From contig NW_025765015.1 of assembly GCF_003918875.1 (NCBI RefSeq), positions 1,178,001 to 1,242,000 of the forward strand: 64,000 bases of DNA, in the 5' to 3' direction. Position 1 is the first letter of the stretch; the number at the start of each line of letters is the position of its first letter. The position numbers and the translations under genes are program-made. The notes under the pieces were generated by a model that was given only the letters and a program-made list of their open reading frames with translations, was not told the origin of the DNA and made no database searches. This document shows positions 26,103 to 38,521 of the stretch, piece after piece. This DNA is from Haliotis rubra. Lineage: Eukaryota.

Positions 26103-28234
26103 GGCCACTGTCAGATGCAGAGGGAGCAGATTGCTGCTGCTGTTCTATAGCAGTGGCACATCAGTCAGTAGTGAAGTGTCTACACATGTTGTTCATATCC
26201 TCAGGAAATGAATCACTCTGGTTTTACTGTCCAGTACCTTTTCTTGGACCAGTACCTCTTACTGATAGTAACATGGCAACTAGTATACAACCAGACACTT
26301 ACTGCAGCACATCATAATCAAAAGAAATACCAATATTTAGCTGTCCTCTCTTCATTATTGGACAAAAGGTTTTCCACAAAATGCTTGTAAATTCAAATTT
26401 AAGGATACTGACATTAGCAATGCTTTATTTAAAGCAACATTGAAAAATTCCAAACTTAAAGTTGACTGCATATGCTAAATACTAATGGACAATTTAAGCA
26501 AATATGCCCATCACTGATCTCACTCTACCTCTACCTGGCTTATCCTCCATCCCACTGCAACCCTCACACACCTTCCCCACCCCAAACACCCCCTCCCACT
26601 ACTACTAACATTCACATGTGTTCATCCTATGTGGTATTGTATCATGAGTGAGGTATTAGTGAGGACTGTTGTAATTCCCTTTAAGAGACCACTACATCAT
26701 GTTTATTATGAGCATTTTAATGTCTTGGCACTTTTATGGTTTGACTGAAATGGCAAGAAGAAATGTGTTAGGACATGACTTTGTACCAGCATATCATTAT
26801 CATGCATGGTAGAGTGACTTGTCTCTTATATGTAAACTGTCAATACCATTGTTTTTACTCTATCTCACATCAAAATTATGTTAGTTTCAAAAGAAATGAT
26901 AATGTACATTAATATGTTTTCAATATTGTTCCTTTAAAGTGGTGAATTGAAGTTATGTTCAGGTGTAAAGTGACCTTTCACAATCACACGATACAAGTAG
27001 TTATATTTTGGGAAACGTATTGCCAGTGATAAACCATGTGAAGAGCATTAAGTGGGGCTCTGATGTAACACAGCTGTGATGAGGGTGTTGTGTTGTTCTG
27101 TTAAAGGAGAATACGAATGAAAACAAAACTTTTAATATATTGTAAAGGATATTCTAAAAGTCTCATTCCGTGATTAAAATTGAACAAAAAGTTTGTAAAA
27201 TAGCAACAAAAACACTAAAACGTACTCGTATTTCCGCCTGTTACGGAAACACCCGACAGTTAATGAGCAGAGGGGGTATCACGTGACATGACGTCATAAG
27301 TGCCTGTTGCTGATGGCTTCCTCTTTGATTTTACCTCACAACTGAACAGAGTCCGTGGATTCTGAAGCAGTAAAAGATGTTCCTGATGTCATTTCTGAAA
27401 TGGATGTTAGACCGTATCAATACGATCCGATTTTACATCTTGCAAGACAATCTTCCACTGAAGATGAAGAAGAAGAATCAAGCGAAACGGAGGCACCACT
27501 TTAGGTCAAAATAAGTTTAAAAATAGATCATATCATTTAACAAGATTACTATTTGTCAGCAAAATGTCATACAGTTCCAGCCAGCAAACTCACCCCTATA
27601 AATATATGAATTATATATATGAATTATTTTTTGTGAAAAATGCGATTACAGTTCATTTTGTGTCAAATGGGTGACTGTAGGGTGTCTGGGATTTAAAAAC
27701 AAAATAATTATGCTTCAGACGAGGGAAAATAAAAATTATCAGAAATTACACTGGAATTATTTTGTTGAAATCAATTAGGATCCTAGTTCTCATTAATAAC
27801 GTATCAAGTATCGATACAAGATCCCAGCCTGGCCGAGCAAAGATAATATTCGCGAAGCAGATAAGTTATTCCCCGAAAACTGGTGAATTATAAAATACTA
27901 GTCAGGACAACGTATGTTTTCCCATTGTTTGGTTATGGAAATAGTTATAGTACTCGGTCAAAGCCTTAGAATGACATCCTGTCAGCCAATGAGAATACAG
28001 AACAACTTTCACGGCACACACTACTGACAAATAGCGAGTCTGATGCTGACGTGCGTAATTGGACAAAATGGAAAACAATGAAAGCAACAAGTACTTCATG
28101 ATTTGCCGTTGTATTCGGCAATGTTTCGAGTTGACTGCATCATTTAGGGCTCCAAACCGATAAGAATGTTATAGCGAAACATTTTCAAGCTCATGTGAAA
28201 TCTCTTACTGATTTTGATAATATATATCGCATGT

Positions 28235-28601
28235 GTACCAGTGGAACTGCCCCAGCTACAAAATGCCCCAGCAAATTTGGTCATTCATTCTAATTTGTTC
28301 AAATTTATTTATAACGATTGAATATATGCCGTAAATGCATAGTTTTTGTCAACTTATTATGGTATTATGTTCTTCATATAAAAGTTATTAGGAAGTAATA
28401 TTTCTGATAAATGTTTCATCAGTAAACTCATAACTATGTATATACTTATATATGAAGAACGTAATATCAAAGTTGACAAAACTATGCATTTATGGCCTAT
28501 ATTCATTCATTTTAAATAAATTGGGGCATTTTGACTACCCCACTGGGGCAATTTGACCAAATTTGCTGGGTCATTTTGTAGCGGGGCAATTCGACTGGCA
28601 A
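28235..28601. mobile_element. Foldback MITE nested in the Kolobok element
   Basis: Long TIRs CCAGTGGAACTGCCCCAGCTACAAAATGCCCCAGCAAATTTGGTCA / TGACCAAATTTGCTGGGTCATTTTGTAGCGGGGCAATTCGACTGG plus an inner inverted pair (TAAATGCATAGTTTTTGTCAACTT / AAGTTGACAAAACTATGCATTTA). TSD not found. Confidence 0.8.
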
Positions 28602-28672
28602 TCGGACTTATAATTTATGTTAAAATACCACTGACAGTAAGTTGTTACAGGGAATGATGGAGTATAATTAAT

Positions 28673-28880
28673 GAATCTCGTGGGTACTTTTTTCTTCTTC
28701 AGCCTAGCTTGGGGATTTCCATACCCCATGCGTGCATGTCTCTTTCATATGCGTCCGACTCAGAACGATCGGCGCATTTCTCCTGCCGAAATCTGTCATT
28801 CCACTTGGAAAACGGAAGAAATGGTGGTTCTTTCCCATGTTCGATGATGCCGTGCATCCCCAGGCAACGCTATACACCAT
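28673..28880 (-). pseudogene. Degenerate THAP zinc-finger ORF of the Kolobok element
   Basis: - strand reads MVYSVAWGCTASSNMGKNHHFFRFPS... and, after deletion/frameshift, RLKKKKVPTRF. Matches THAP CxxxGC...FFRFP...AVPTIF with the first Cys changed to Ser. Confidence 0.75.
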
Positions 28881-29169
28881 CGTACCATTTAAAAAAGGAC
28901 AGAAACAACACGATTTGTACTACTGTAGCGCTTGGTCTTTGGCAATATGGCGGACTCCAGGCACATTTGACACCATTTCACGAGCGGAAAGGTCACGTGG
29001 GTTCCAGCGAAATATGCATAATGGCCGAAGCTGAGATTTACAGAAACTGTTTTCGCGATTAAAACATAATTATACATAATTTTTAATTGAAAATTTGGGA
29101 ATATGTTTCTGATGACTTTATCTTTCACCCATCAAATTATTGCAATTCACTTGTATTCTCCTTTAAGTA

Positions 29170-29860
29170 GCTCCACCAGCACCTACCTGCCTCACAGTCT
29201 CACCCCCTCCACATGTCTCCATCAGCATCTACCTGTCTCCACCAGCACCTACCTGCCTCAGTCACAGTCTCACCCCCTCCACATTTCTCCATTAGCACCT
29301 ACCTGCCTCACAGTCTTACCCCCTCCACATGCCTCCATCAGCATCTACCTCCCTCACAGTCTCACCCCCTCCACATGTCTCCATCAGCATCTACCTGCCT
29401 CACCCCCTCCACATGTCTCCATCAGCATCTACCTCCCTCACCCCTCCACATGTCTCCATCAGCATCTACCTGCCTCACCCCTCCACATGTCTCCATCAGC
29501 ATCTACCTGCCTCACAGTCTCACCCCCTCCACATGTCTCCATCAGCATCTACCTGCCTCACAGTCTCACCCCCTCCACATGTCTCCATCAGCATCTACCT
29601 GCCTCAGTCACATTCTCACCCCCTCCACATGTCTCAATGAGCATCTACCTGCCTCACAGTCTCAGCCCCTCCACATGTCTCCATCAGCATCTACCTGCCT
29701 CAGTCTCAGCCCCTCCACATGTCTCCATCAGCATCTACCTGCCTCACTCCCTCGACATGTTTCCATCAGTATCTACCTGCCTCACCCCCTCGATATGTCT
29801 CCATCAGCACCTACCTGCCTCACAGCTCACGCCCTCCACACATATCTCCATCAGCCTCTC
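29170..29860. repeat. C-rich minisatellite, ~46-bp unit with shorter variants
   Basis: CTCACCCCCTCCACATGTCTCCATCAGCATCTACCTGCCTCACAGT. Confidence 0.96.
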
Positions 29861-30571
29861 AATCCCACCCCCACTATGTCTCTCCGCAACGCACGCACAC
29901 ATGCACACGTGCACTCACACACACTGCACTTGTCTGTTAAATGCAAGTAGGTGCATGTTCCTTATGATGCCAGAGGAACAAACTATTAGACTACCTGGCC
30001 GTGACTGAGTGTCTACCACATATATAAATGACATAAGTAGATATGGTGTAGTTTGTAACGTATGGCTACACAGCTTTCATGTGCAATGCCAGTTGAAACA
30101 GTAGATCTTCACATATGGACCATCAGAGTATCTTAGCCTGTTATCAGGTGTAATGGTCATATTTCCACATTGTGGGTCATTTTCTTTGGATAATGTTTCA
30201 CCATGCTCTGAGCATCATATAATCCGAGTGACACACACTGGAATACTGGGAACTTACATCATAATACATGCTTAATGTCAGTTACTTTGCATTGCAAGTA
30301 AGATAGTAGAGGAGCTAATTAGGAGAAATTATCGCAACAGTGATCATGAATACTTCACAGACTTGTTTCTGGGGATGTTGTGGTTACAGGCCTTATGAAG
30401 TTTTCATATTGTTCATATGTTTTCTTCATACATAACTGAAAAAAATGGTAGGTAGTGAAGGTATTTCATCTGTCTTTTTGTCCTGTGTGGGGAGGGGAGC
30501 TATAAGGGGGTGAGGAGGAGCACCACCCAGCTGCCTTGTAAGGTGACTGGGGCACCACTCAGTTGTACTGG

Positions 30572-31991
30572 CCACCCAGCTGATGTGTCTGTCTGACCTG
30601 TAAGGGGAAGGGGAGCTCCACCCAGCTGATGTGTCTGTCAGACCTGTAAGGGGAGGGGGAGCTCCACCCAGCTGATGTGTCTGTCAGACCTGTAAGGGGA
30701 AGGGGAGCTCCACCCAGCTGATGTGTCTGTCTGACCTGTAAGGGGAAGGGGAGCTCCACCCAGCTGATGTGTCTGTCAGACCTGTAAGGGGGAGGGGAGC
30801 TCCACCCAGCTGATGTGTCTGTCAGACCTGTAAGGGGAGGGGGAGCTCCACCCAGCTGATGTGTCTGTCAGACCTGTAAGGGGAGGGGGAGCTCCACCCA
30901 GCTGATGTGTCTGTCAGACCTGTAAGGGGAGGGGGAGCTCCACCCAGCTGATGTGTCTGTCAGACCTGTAAAGGGAGGGAGCTCCACCCAGCTGATGTGT
31001 CTGTCAGACCTGTAAGGGGAGGGGGAGCTCCACCCAGCTGATGTGTCTGTCAGACCTGTAAGGGGAAGGGAGCTCCACCCAGCTGATGTGTCTGTCAGAC
31101 CTGTAAGGGGAAGGGGAGCTCCACCCAGCTGATGTGTCTGTCAGACCTGTAAGGGGAAGGGGAGCTCCACCCAGCTGATGTGTCTGTCAGACCCTGTAGG
31201 GGAGGGGGAGCTCCACCCAGCTGATGTGTCTGTCAGACCTGTAAGGGGAAGGGGAGCTCCACCCAGCTGATGTGTCTGTCAGACCTGTAAGGGGAAGGGG
31301 AGCTCCACCCAGCTGATGTGTCTGTCAGACCTGTAAGGGAAGGGAGCTCCACCCAGCTGATGTGTCTGTCAGACATGTAAGGGGAAGGGGAGCTCCACCC
31401 AGCTGATGTGTCTGTCAGACCTGTAAGGGGAGGGGAAGCTCCACCCAGCTGATGTGTCTGTCAGACATGTAAGGGGAAGGGGAGCTCCACCCAGCTGATG
31501 TGTCTGTCAGACCTGTAAGGGGAGGGGGAGCTCCACCCAGCTGATGTGTCTGTCAGACCTGTAAGGGGAGGGGAGCTCCACCCAGCTGATGTGTCTGTCA
31601 GACCTGCAGACCTGTAAGGGGAAGGGAGCTCCACCCAGCTGATGTGTCTGTCAGACCTGTAAGGGAGGGGAGCTCCACCCGGCTGATGTGTCTGTCAGAC
31701 CTGTTAGGGAAGGGGAGCTCCACCCAGCTGATGTGTCTGTCAGACATGTAAGGGGAAGGGGAGCTCCACCCAGCTGATGTGTCTGTCAGACCTGTAAGGG
31801 GAAGGGGAGCTCCACCCAGCTGATGTGTCTGTCAGACATGTAAGGGGAAGGGGAGCTCCACCCAGCTGATGTGTCTGTCAGACCTGCAAGGGGAGGGGGA
31901 GCTCCACCAAGCTGATGTGTCTGTCAGACCTGTAAGGGGAGGGGGAGCTCCACCCAGCTGATGTGTCTGTCAGACCTGTAAGGGGATGGGG
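30572..31991. repeat. G-rich minisatellite, 46-bp unit, ~31 copies
   Basis: CCACCCAGCTGATGTGTCTGTCAGACCTGTAAGGGGAGGGGGAGCT at 30618, 30664... Confidence 0.98.
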
Positions 31992-32124
31992 TCTGCCTGT
32001 AATGAGAGCGGAGCTCTATCTGACTCCTTTCTGTATGTCCTGTACAGGGATAGGGATCTTGTACTTGCTGTGTTGTCTCCCCAGTAAGGGGAGGGGAATT
32101 CGACTCGGCTGTACCATCCTGTAC

Positions 32125-33450
32125 GGGGATGGGGAGCTCCTACCAGCTGTGTTGTCTCCCCAGTAAGGAGATGGGGAGCTCCTACTGGCTGTGTTGTGTC
32201 CCCAGTAAGGAGATGGGGAGCTTCTACTGGCTGTGTTGTGTCCCCAGTAAGGAGATGGGGAGCTCCTACTGGCTGTGTTGTGTCCCCAGTAAGGAGATGG
32301 GGAGCTCCTACTGGCTGTGTTGTCTCCCCAGTAAGGAGATGGGGAGCTCCTACTGGCTGTGTTGTCTCCCCAGTAAGGGGATGGGGAGCTCCTACCAGCT
32401 GTGTTGTCTCCCCAGTAAGGAGATGGGGAGCTCCTACTGGCTGTGTTGTGTCCCCAGTAAGGGGATGGGGAGCTCCTACCGGCTGTGTTGTCTCCCCGGT
32501 AAGGGGATGGGGAGCTCCTACCGGCTGTGTTGTCTCCCCAGTAAGGAGATGGGGAGCTCCTACCGGCTGTGTTGTCTCCCCAGTAAGGGGATGGGGAGCT
32601 CCTACCGGCTGTGTTGTCTCCCCAGTAAGGAGATGGGGAGCTCCTACCGGCTGTGTTGTCTCCCAGTAAGGGGATGGGGAGCTCCTACTGGCTGTGTTGT
32701 GTTGTCCTCCTGGCTGTGTTGTCTCCCAAGGAGATGGGGAGCTCCTACTGGCTGTGTTGTCTCCCCAGTAAGGGGATGGGGAGCTCCTACTGGCTGTGTT
32801 GTCTCCCCAGTAAGGAGATGGGGAGCTCCTACTGGCTGTGTTGTCTCCCCAGTAAGGGGATGGGGAGCTCCTACTGGCTGTGTTGTCTCCCCAGTAAGGG
32901 GATGGGGAGCTCCTACTGGCTGTGTTGTGTCCCAGTAAGGAGATGGGGAGCTCCTACTGGCTGTGTTGTCTCCCAGTAAGGAGATGGGGAGCTCCTACTG
33001 GCTGTGTTGTCTCCCCAGTAAGGGGATGGGGAGCTCCTACTGGCTGTGTTGTCTCCCCAGTAAGGGGATGGGGAGCTCCTACTGGCTGTGTTGTCTCCCC
33101 AGTAAGGGGATGGGGAGCTCCTACTGGCTGTGTTGTCTCCCAGTAGGGGATGGGGAGCTCCTACTGGCTGTGTTGTCTCCCCAGTAAGGAGATGGGGAGC
33201 TCCTACTGGCTGTGTTGTCTCCCCAGTAAGGGGATGGGGAGCTCCTACTGGCTGTGTTGTGTCCCCAGGAAGGGGATGGGGAGCTCCTACTGGCTGTGTT
33301 GTGTCCCCAGGAAGGGGATGGGGAGCTCCTACTGGCTGTGTTGTCTCCCCAGTAAGGGGATGGGGAGCTCCTACTGGCTGTGTTGTCTCCCCAGTAAGGG
33401 GATGGGGAGCTCCTACTGGCTGTGTTGTGTCCCCAGGAAGGGGAGGGGAA
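32125..33450. repeat. G-rich minisatellite, 42-bp unit, ~31 copies
   Basis: GGGGAGCTCCTACTGGCTGTGTTGTCTCCCCAGTAAGGAGAT. Source of the MGSSYWLCCLPSKE ORFs. Confidence 0.98.
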
Positions 33451-34403
33451 CTCGACTTGGCTGTAATGTGTGGCTGTACTCAGTGGTGATAGTTCTGCAT
33501 GGCTGCCACTACTGGAAGCTGCAGACTCAGTCAAGCATCTTCCTTGTCACTGCCAGTTGTCACTGCTGCCTCTGCAGGGGTGAAGGCATGTCGGTAGTTT
33601 TCAGCACTACTTGGAGACACACTTTTATCAAAACAACATGGGCGCTGGAGGAAATATGATGCTTTTTGTCACTACACAGTCCCTATTCACATCATTTATT
33701 CACTGAAAGGTAAGACAGACATTATCGAAAAGCCTGGCAGTTGTGTTCAGAACTGCGTTTTAGGGAGGATAGTCAGTCTGTCATCTGCTCAAGTTATTGA
33801 AGAATTATATTCACAACTGAGTATTTCACAATGAAAACCATCCCTGATGCCAATGGAACAAATGTGAATGGTGCTAATGGCAATGTCAATGGAGAGGCTA
33901 AGACAAATGGGAAGGTAAGGGGATGACATGGCATTGTACACCTGTTGGAAACTACTGTGTCTGTAACAGTGGAGACCAGTGTTCACTCAACGTTCCTACA
34001 TCACACGTATGTGCTCAGCCACTAATCCGTAATGTTTCATGTCGATCAGTGCTGTTCTGTGTGTGTCACTGGAAAGTACTGTTGCTGAAATAGGTAATGA
34101 TGATTTCAGACTTTGTCCCTGACATGATTTAGCGAAGACTCCCCTTGTTCCCCTTGCAGTACCCTTGGAATAGCTTGATGGCCTTGATTCTTCTGAATAA
34201 TGAAGTTTGTAGACTGGCTTGTAATTTGTTGGCTAGATCGTTGTGTGACAGGTTGACATTAAGCTGGGTTTCTTGAAAGGCTTGTACATGATCATGCCAA
34301 ATTGTTCCAATTTTTCTGGTCACACAGAAAAAACAAAAATACTAGTCGAGTACAGTCAAACCTAGGGACTGTGCCTCTGTCCAGAATCATTCAGTGATGA
34401 TGG

Positions 34404-36891
34404 GTGTAACGGGTCATTTTCAAAATTGGTAGGATTTTCTGTCCGTTACAAATTTTAAAAAAATCTGTGAGTTTAAAAGAATTTTATGTTCTACAAAACA
34501 TATTTAGATGTTTACTTGTCAGTAAATGAGGTATATCATTAGTCTTGTCTTTTTTAAATTTATACTTAACCACATTTTTGGGTCAAACTTGGCAGATTTG
34601 CTCCGTCCGGAGGTGACGGTCCTAATATCAATGTTCACAAATAATGTAAATATAAATGCAAATAAACAAATTAATTCATATTATGCCAATTAGGATTGAT
34701 CAAGCATACTCAGAATGCATTTATTTATTTTTTAACTTAAAAAGGTTTCCTTCTACAAACTGTAACATGCTTGTCCTGTGATTCTGTGTCCTGACCGTTA
34801 CCAGTGTATGAAATTCCTGCAATAATATCTCCCTGGAGCTGGATTGTAATACTACTTCCTGTGTCTGTTTGAGCTAGCCCCTGTGGATGTGACAGCAGAT
34901 GAAATAAAGAGATTCAATACATTTTGAAGAAAATTGACACCGTCAAATAAGTATAAATGTTATGTGTCAACCTTAATTGTCCAGACCGTTACCAATGTAT
35001 TTTGTGTCAAATATGTATCTCCTTTTTTTAAAATTTCAATGGATATGGTGCCCAGAAATGGAAGAGGTGGAAGGCATGTCCTTTGACATTTTTTAGGAAT
35101 CATTCATTTTTTTATTTAAGATTTACTTACAAATTGTCTTGACTGTTACTGTCCAAACCGTTACCATTCTGCAAAGTAACGGTTTGGACAGTCCTTGTAA
35201 TGGTCAGGACAAAATGATTTGCATTTCAAAAAGTTATTCATTAATATTTGAAGTAGAACAACTATATAATTTCTTTAAGAGTTAAGATAGTTTAAGCGTG
35301 GACTTGTACTGTTCAAAGGAGTTTTGATGTAGTAGCATAAAAAACACAGTCTCTAGTAACGGTTTGGACAAATAATAGTAACGGTCGGGACATTTCTTTA
35401 ATAAATTTCAATTTTGAAGAATATGTTCTATGGTGTGATAATAAATTTCTATTTACTTATCTATCTGCTTTTAATAATAAAAACCAAAACGAATTTATCA
35501 CGTTAAGTTTCTATTTTCTATAAGATGTATAGTCTTTATGAATTAAAGGTAACGGTTAGGACAAAATGTAGTAACGGTAAACAACTATATTGTATTCCAA
35601 CCTTTAAAGATGTTTTTGGTGTAGTCTGTTTTGACTTTTTGAGATATGTAAGACTACCTTTTACTTAGAATATTGATAGGTGCTAATATGTTGGCCTTTG
35701 TATTTGATAAATATGTGTTACCATCTCACCATCAACAAAAGTTAAAGGTATCCAAGTGAATGAAAGAAGTATTTTTCGTTGAGACTAATATTGCACAATA
35801 ATATCAACAGCAAAATGACATCTATGCTGTGGCCTTTGTAGCATGACCATGTGTACAGTATCATTGTTGTTGCAGTACCTTTCAGAATTTAATCTTTTAC
35901 AACTTTTTAGAGGGATAACATTTGTTTGTTACACTGATGTCCTGACCGTTACCAATAATGTAACAACTGTTACTATTCATTCAATTTTCGTTCCCAATTG
36001 CACTCTTCTTTAGATTATAAGTGATTTTCAATCTAGACAGGTGTGTTTTTCTATTCTTTAGAAGCTACAGTTTGTTTTTATTCAAAAGCCAAAATTCATT
36101 CACAAGTTTTATATTGATATAACAAATGTCCAAACCGTTACCACAGCATGGAAGAAAACATGTCATATTAGTTACGAGTTACAATTCTATTACACATTTC
36201 ACTGTCTGTCCAAAATAGGGCTAGCAGTTCAAGTAAATGATATCATTTCTTTCCTTTCATGTTACCTGTGTCTATGTTGAATTAAATTGTTTAAGGCTTA
36301 TGTCCAGCCCGTTACCATTCCTGTCCAAACGTTACCACTATTGTCCTAACCGTTACTGGTGTTAATTGACCGCTGTAATTAATTCATGATAATACATGAC
36401 ACACTCCTCTTTATGTTGGTGTCATCAAAAGATGTCCTGGGCTTAGTAGCTGATGTTTACTTTAGACAATTTTACCTGTTGAAAACTATATACATAATAA
36501 TGTTTCAGAAAAATGCTATCATTTTGTGGTAAATAAATGAAAGATACAAAATAACACTTTCAAGATTCATGATGATAGTTTTTATCTTCAACTTTGCTTA
36601 AGTCTGTGTAAAAGCTGTGTCTGCCATCTTTAAAAGATTTTTATGAATTATATTTCAAAATCCATATTCTGACTAAAAAGTGGTAACGGTCAGGACAGTC
36701 CCCCACCCTTTTAATTACTTATGTATCAATTAAAAGGTCAATTAGAGCATTTCAGTCTGCATGTTTGTATTTTTTAATAATTAAGTGTTTGAGGTTTTAT
36801 TTGAATAAAAATTAAATCAATTTTGAGGAGTTTGATTTTACTGTAATAAAGAATTGAAAATCCTACCAATTTTGAAAATGACCCGTTACAC
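34404..36891. mobile_element. Non-autonomous TIR DNA transposon, ~2.49 kb, superfamily unassigned
   Basis: Perfect 36-bp TIR GTGTAACGGGTCATTTTCAAAATTGGTAGGATTTTC (34404-34439 / 36856-36891). AT-rich, ORF-free interior with ~15 copies of TGTCCnnACCGTTAC in both orientations. No TSD found. Confidence 0.9.
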
Positions 36892-37140
36892 AACACTATT
36901 ATACCAGCTTGTGTTTTGTGTTGACTTATTTTCTTTGCAATACTGTTAAGGTGACATTAAGCTTCCAGTAGTGTATGGCAACATTTTCATGTAGTGTTTT
37001 TGTGGTCTTACCTCAGAAGCTGTTACACTACGGAAGGTCTCTCTAGCTGTTAGGGGACTGTAGCAGTTTCACATTAACTCAGGGCAGCCTGTTGAACCTG
37101 CGTGAACCATTAGCAAAGCTTGATAAACATATATAATATT

Positions 37141-37557
37141 TGATGAACATAAAGAATTTTCTGGATTTCATCTTCTTTTTATTCTCAGTAGTGCAGTAGA
37201 ATAAAAGATGAAATCAAGAAAATTCTTTATGTTCATCATATAGCATCTTCCAAAATGCCAATCAAGCATCTATATAATCGTTACTGTATTTAGACTTTCT
37301 CACTTGAATGCCTGCCAAGAAATATACAGTATCTCAGAAAAGCTTAGGCAGAAAATACCTTGACTGGAGAAAATGATAGTCCCATAAGAGTTCTCTCCCT
37401 TAGACCATGAATTGAATGAAAGCAAGCACAACTGACGTCTGCTGCCCTTAGCAGTAACAGTGAGGGTTCTCTAGCGGCGTTGATAAGTTTTGTATAATAT
37501 GTTGGTAGTTTTGATTTGTGATGAATTTGAAACTCACACTTTGATGCTGCAGAATAA
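37141..37557. mobile_element. Hairpin-headed element (Crypton-like architecture), copy D; right boundary uncertain
   Basis: Palindrome 37141-37238 (TGATGAACATAAAGAATTTTCT...AGAAAATTCTTTATGTTCATCA). Confidence 0.45.
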
Positions 37558-38436
37558 ATCTCTCTAACAATCAGCTGTGGTCAGCTCTGTCAAGCCGCAT
37601 CATCTGTTCCACTGTAACCACTAGCTGTAGTTGCGCATTGTTTTCTGTAATGGAGATATGTGGATGTTGACTTGTGTCCCAGAGACACTCATCAGCACTA
37701 GTTACAGTCTACTAAAAGTCACCCTAACGATAAACGTTATATCCACTTGCACAAACATATCTTAGCATGAGTGTAGGATGACGGGATGTCGGATCACAGT
37801 CTTAGCAAAAGTGGTAGAGATACAGTCATCTGAAACTTGATATGTCTATAAAAGCTCAGGACTGGCTGTGTATGCAAACAGTGGAATAAATTGTGATACC
37901 TGCCCAGTCACACTTAAAAATTTGAAAAATTGGTCCAAATAAATTGAAAAACATTTCTTTCCTTTTTCCCATAAGTTACCATAAACAAGCCCATTTAATT
38001 TGAAAAGGAGCCCCAAGGAGACCAGAGAACCGGAAGCTGAGGAAATCTAGACTAGCTTTATAAGGAAAATAATGTGGTTGAGGGACTGTGAGACAGACTA
38101 CATATCTGCCTTCACACACTTATCAGTAGTTATGCTGGTCAATATCAGGACTATACTTCTGCTGTTAAATCCAGAGTCTTTCTTTTGTATGTTGTGTGTG
38201 GTATAACAGTGAAATGTCGATATTTGAAAGTAAAGCTGTTTCACACCATTTGCCATGTTTATGGACTACTGTGATCTTAACTAAGTAAGACTACTGCAAG
38301 TTCCTTTGTAGCATACACTGAAATTACCATGCAATTATTGCTTTACGATAAATTAAGTGATAAGTTTATTGGTCAAGCATAGGTTAAAATATTTTTCTTT
38401 GATGCATTTTACTAAAGATTTATATTTCAATTTCAG

Positions 38437-38521
38437 GAAATTAAATACAACTTAACGCCGAACAGGCCACGCATCCACAGCCGCTCTGTGTCCCAGTCAT
38501 CAACAGATAGCTACAGCTCAG
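38437..38521 (+). CDS. AHCYL1: Internal coding exon of IRBIT / adenosylhomocysteinase-like (AHCYL1/2 orthologue): Ser-rich IRBIT domain
   Basis: Branch-like TACTAA, acceptor TTTCAATTTCAG|, 85 nt = EIKYNLTPNRPRIHSRSVSQSSTDSYSS + G, donor CAG|GTGAGC (phase 0 in, phase 1 out). SRSVSQSSTDSYSS differs at one position from the recalled vertebrate IRBIT SRSISQSSTDSYSS. Confidence 0.9.

Larger units (their letters stand above)
27105..29162. mobile_element. Kolobok-type non-autonomous DNA transposon
   Basis: TTAA TSD (27101-27104, 29163-29166). TIR AGGAGAATACGAATGA / TCACTTGTATTCTCCT with RR...YY termini. Internal THAP relic. Confidence 0.85.

Noticed and set aside
32129-33659. Cys-rich keratin-associated/metallothionein-like ORFs
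   Set aside because: 42-bp minisatellite with frame-shifting unit variants
33638-33715. ATG in good context followed by strong donor AAG|GTAAGA
   Set aside because: The frame stops (TGA) one codon before the donor, so it is not a coding first exon; a non-coding exon is unsupported without RNA data
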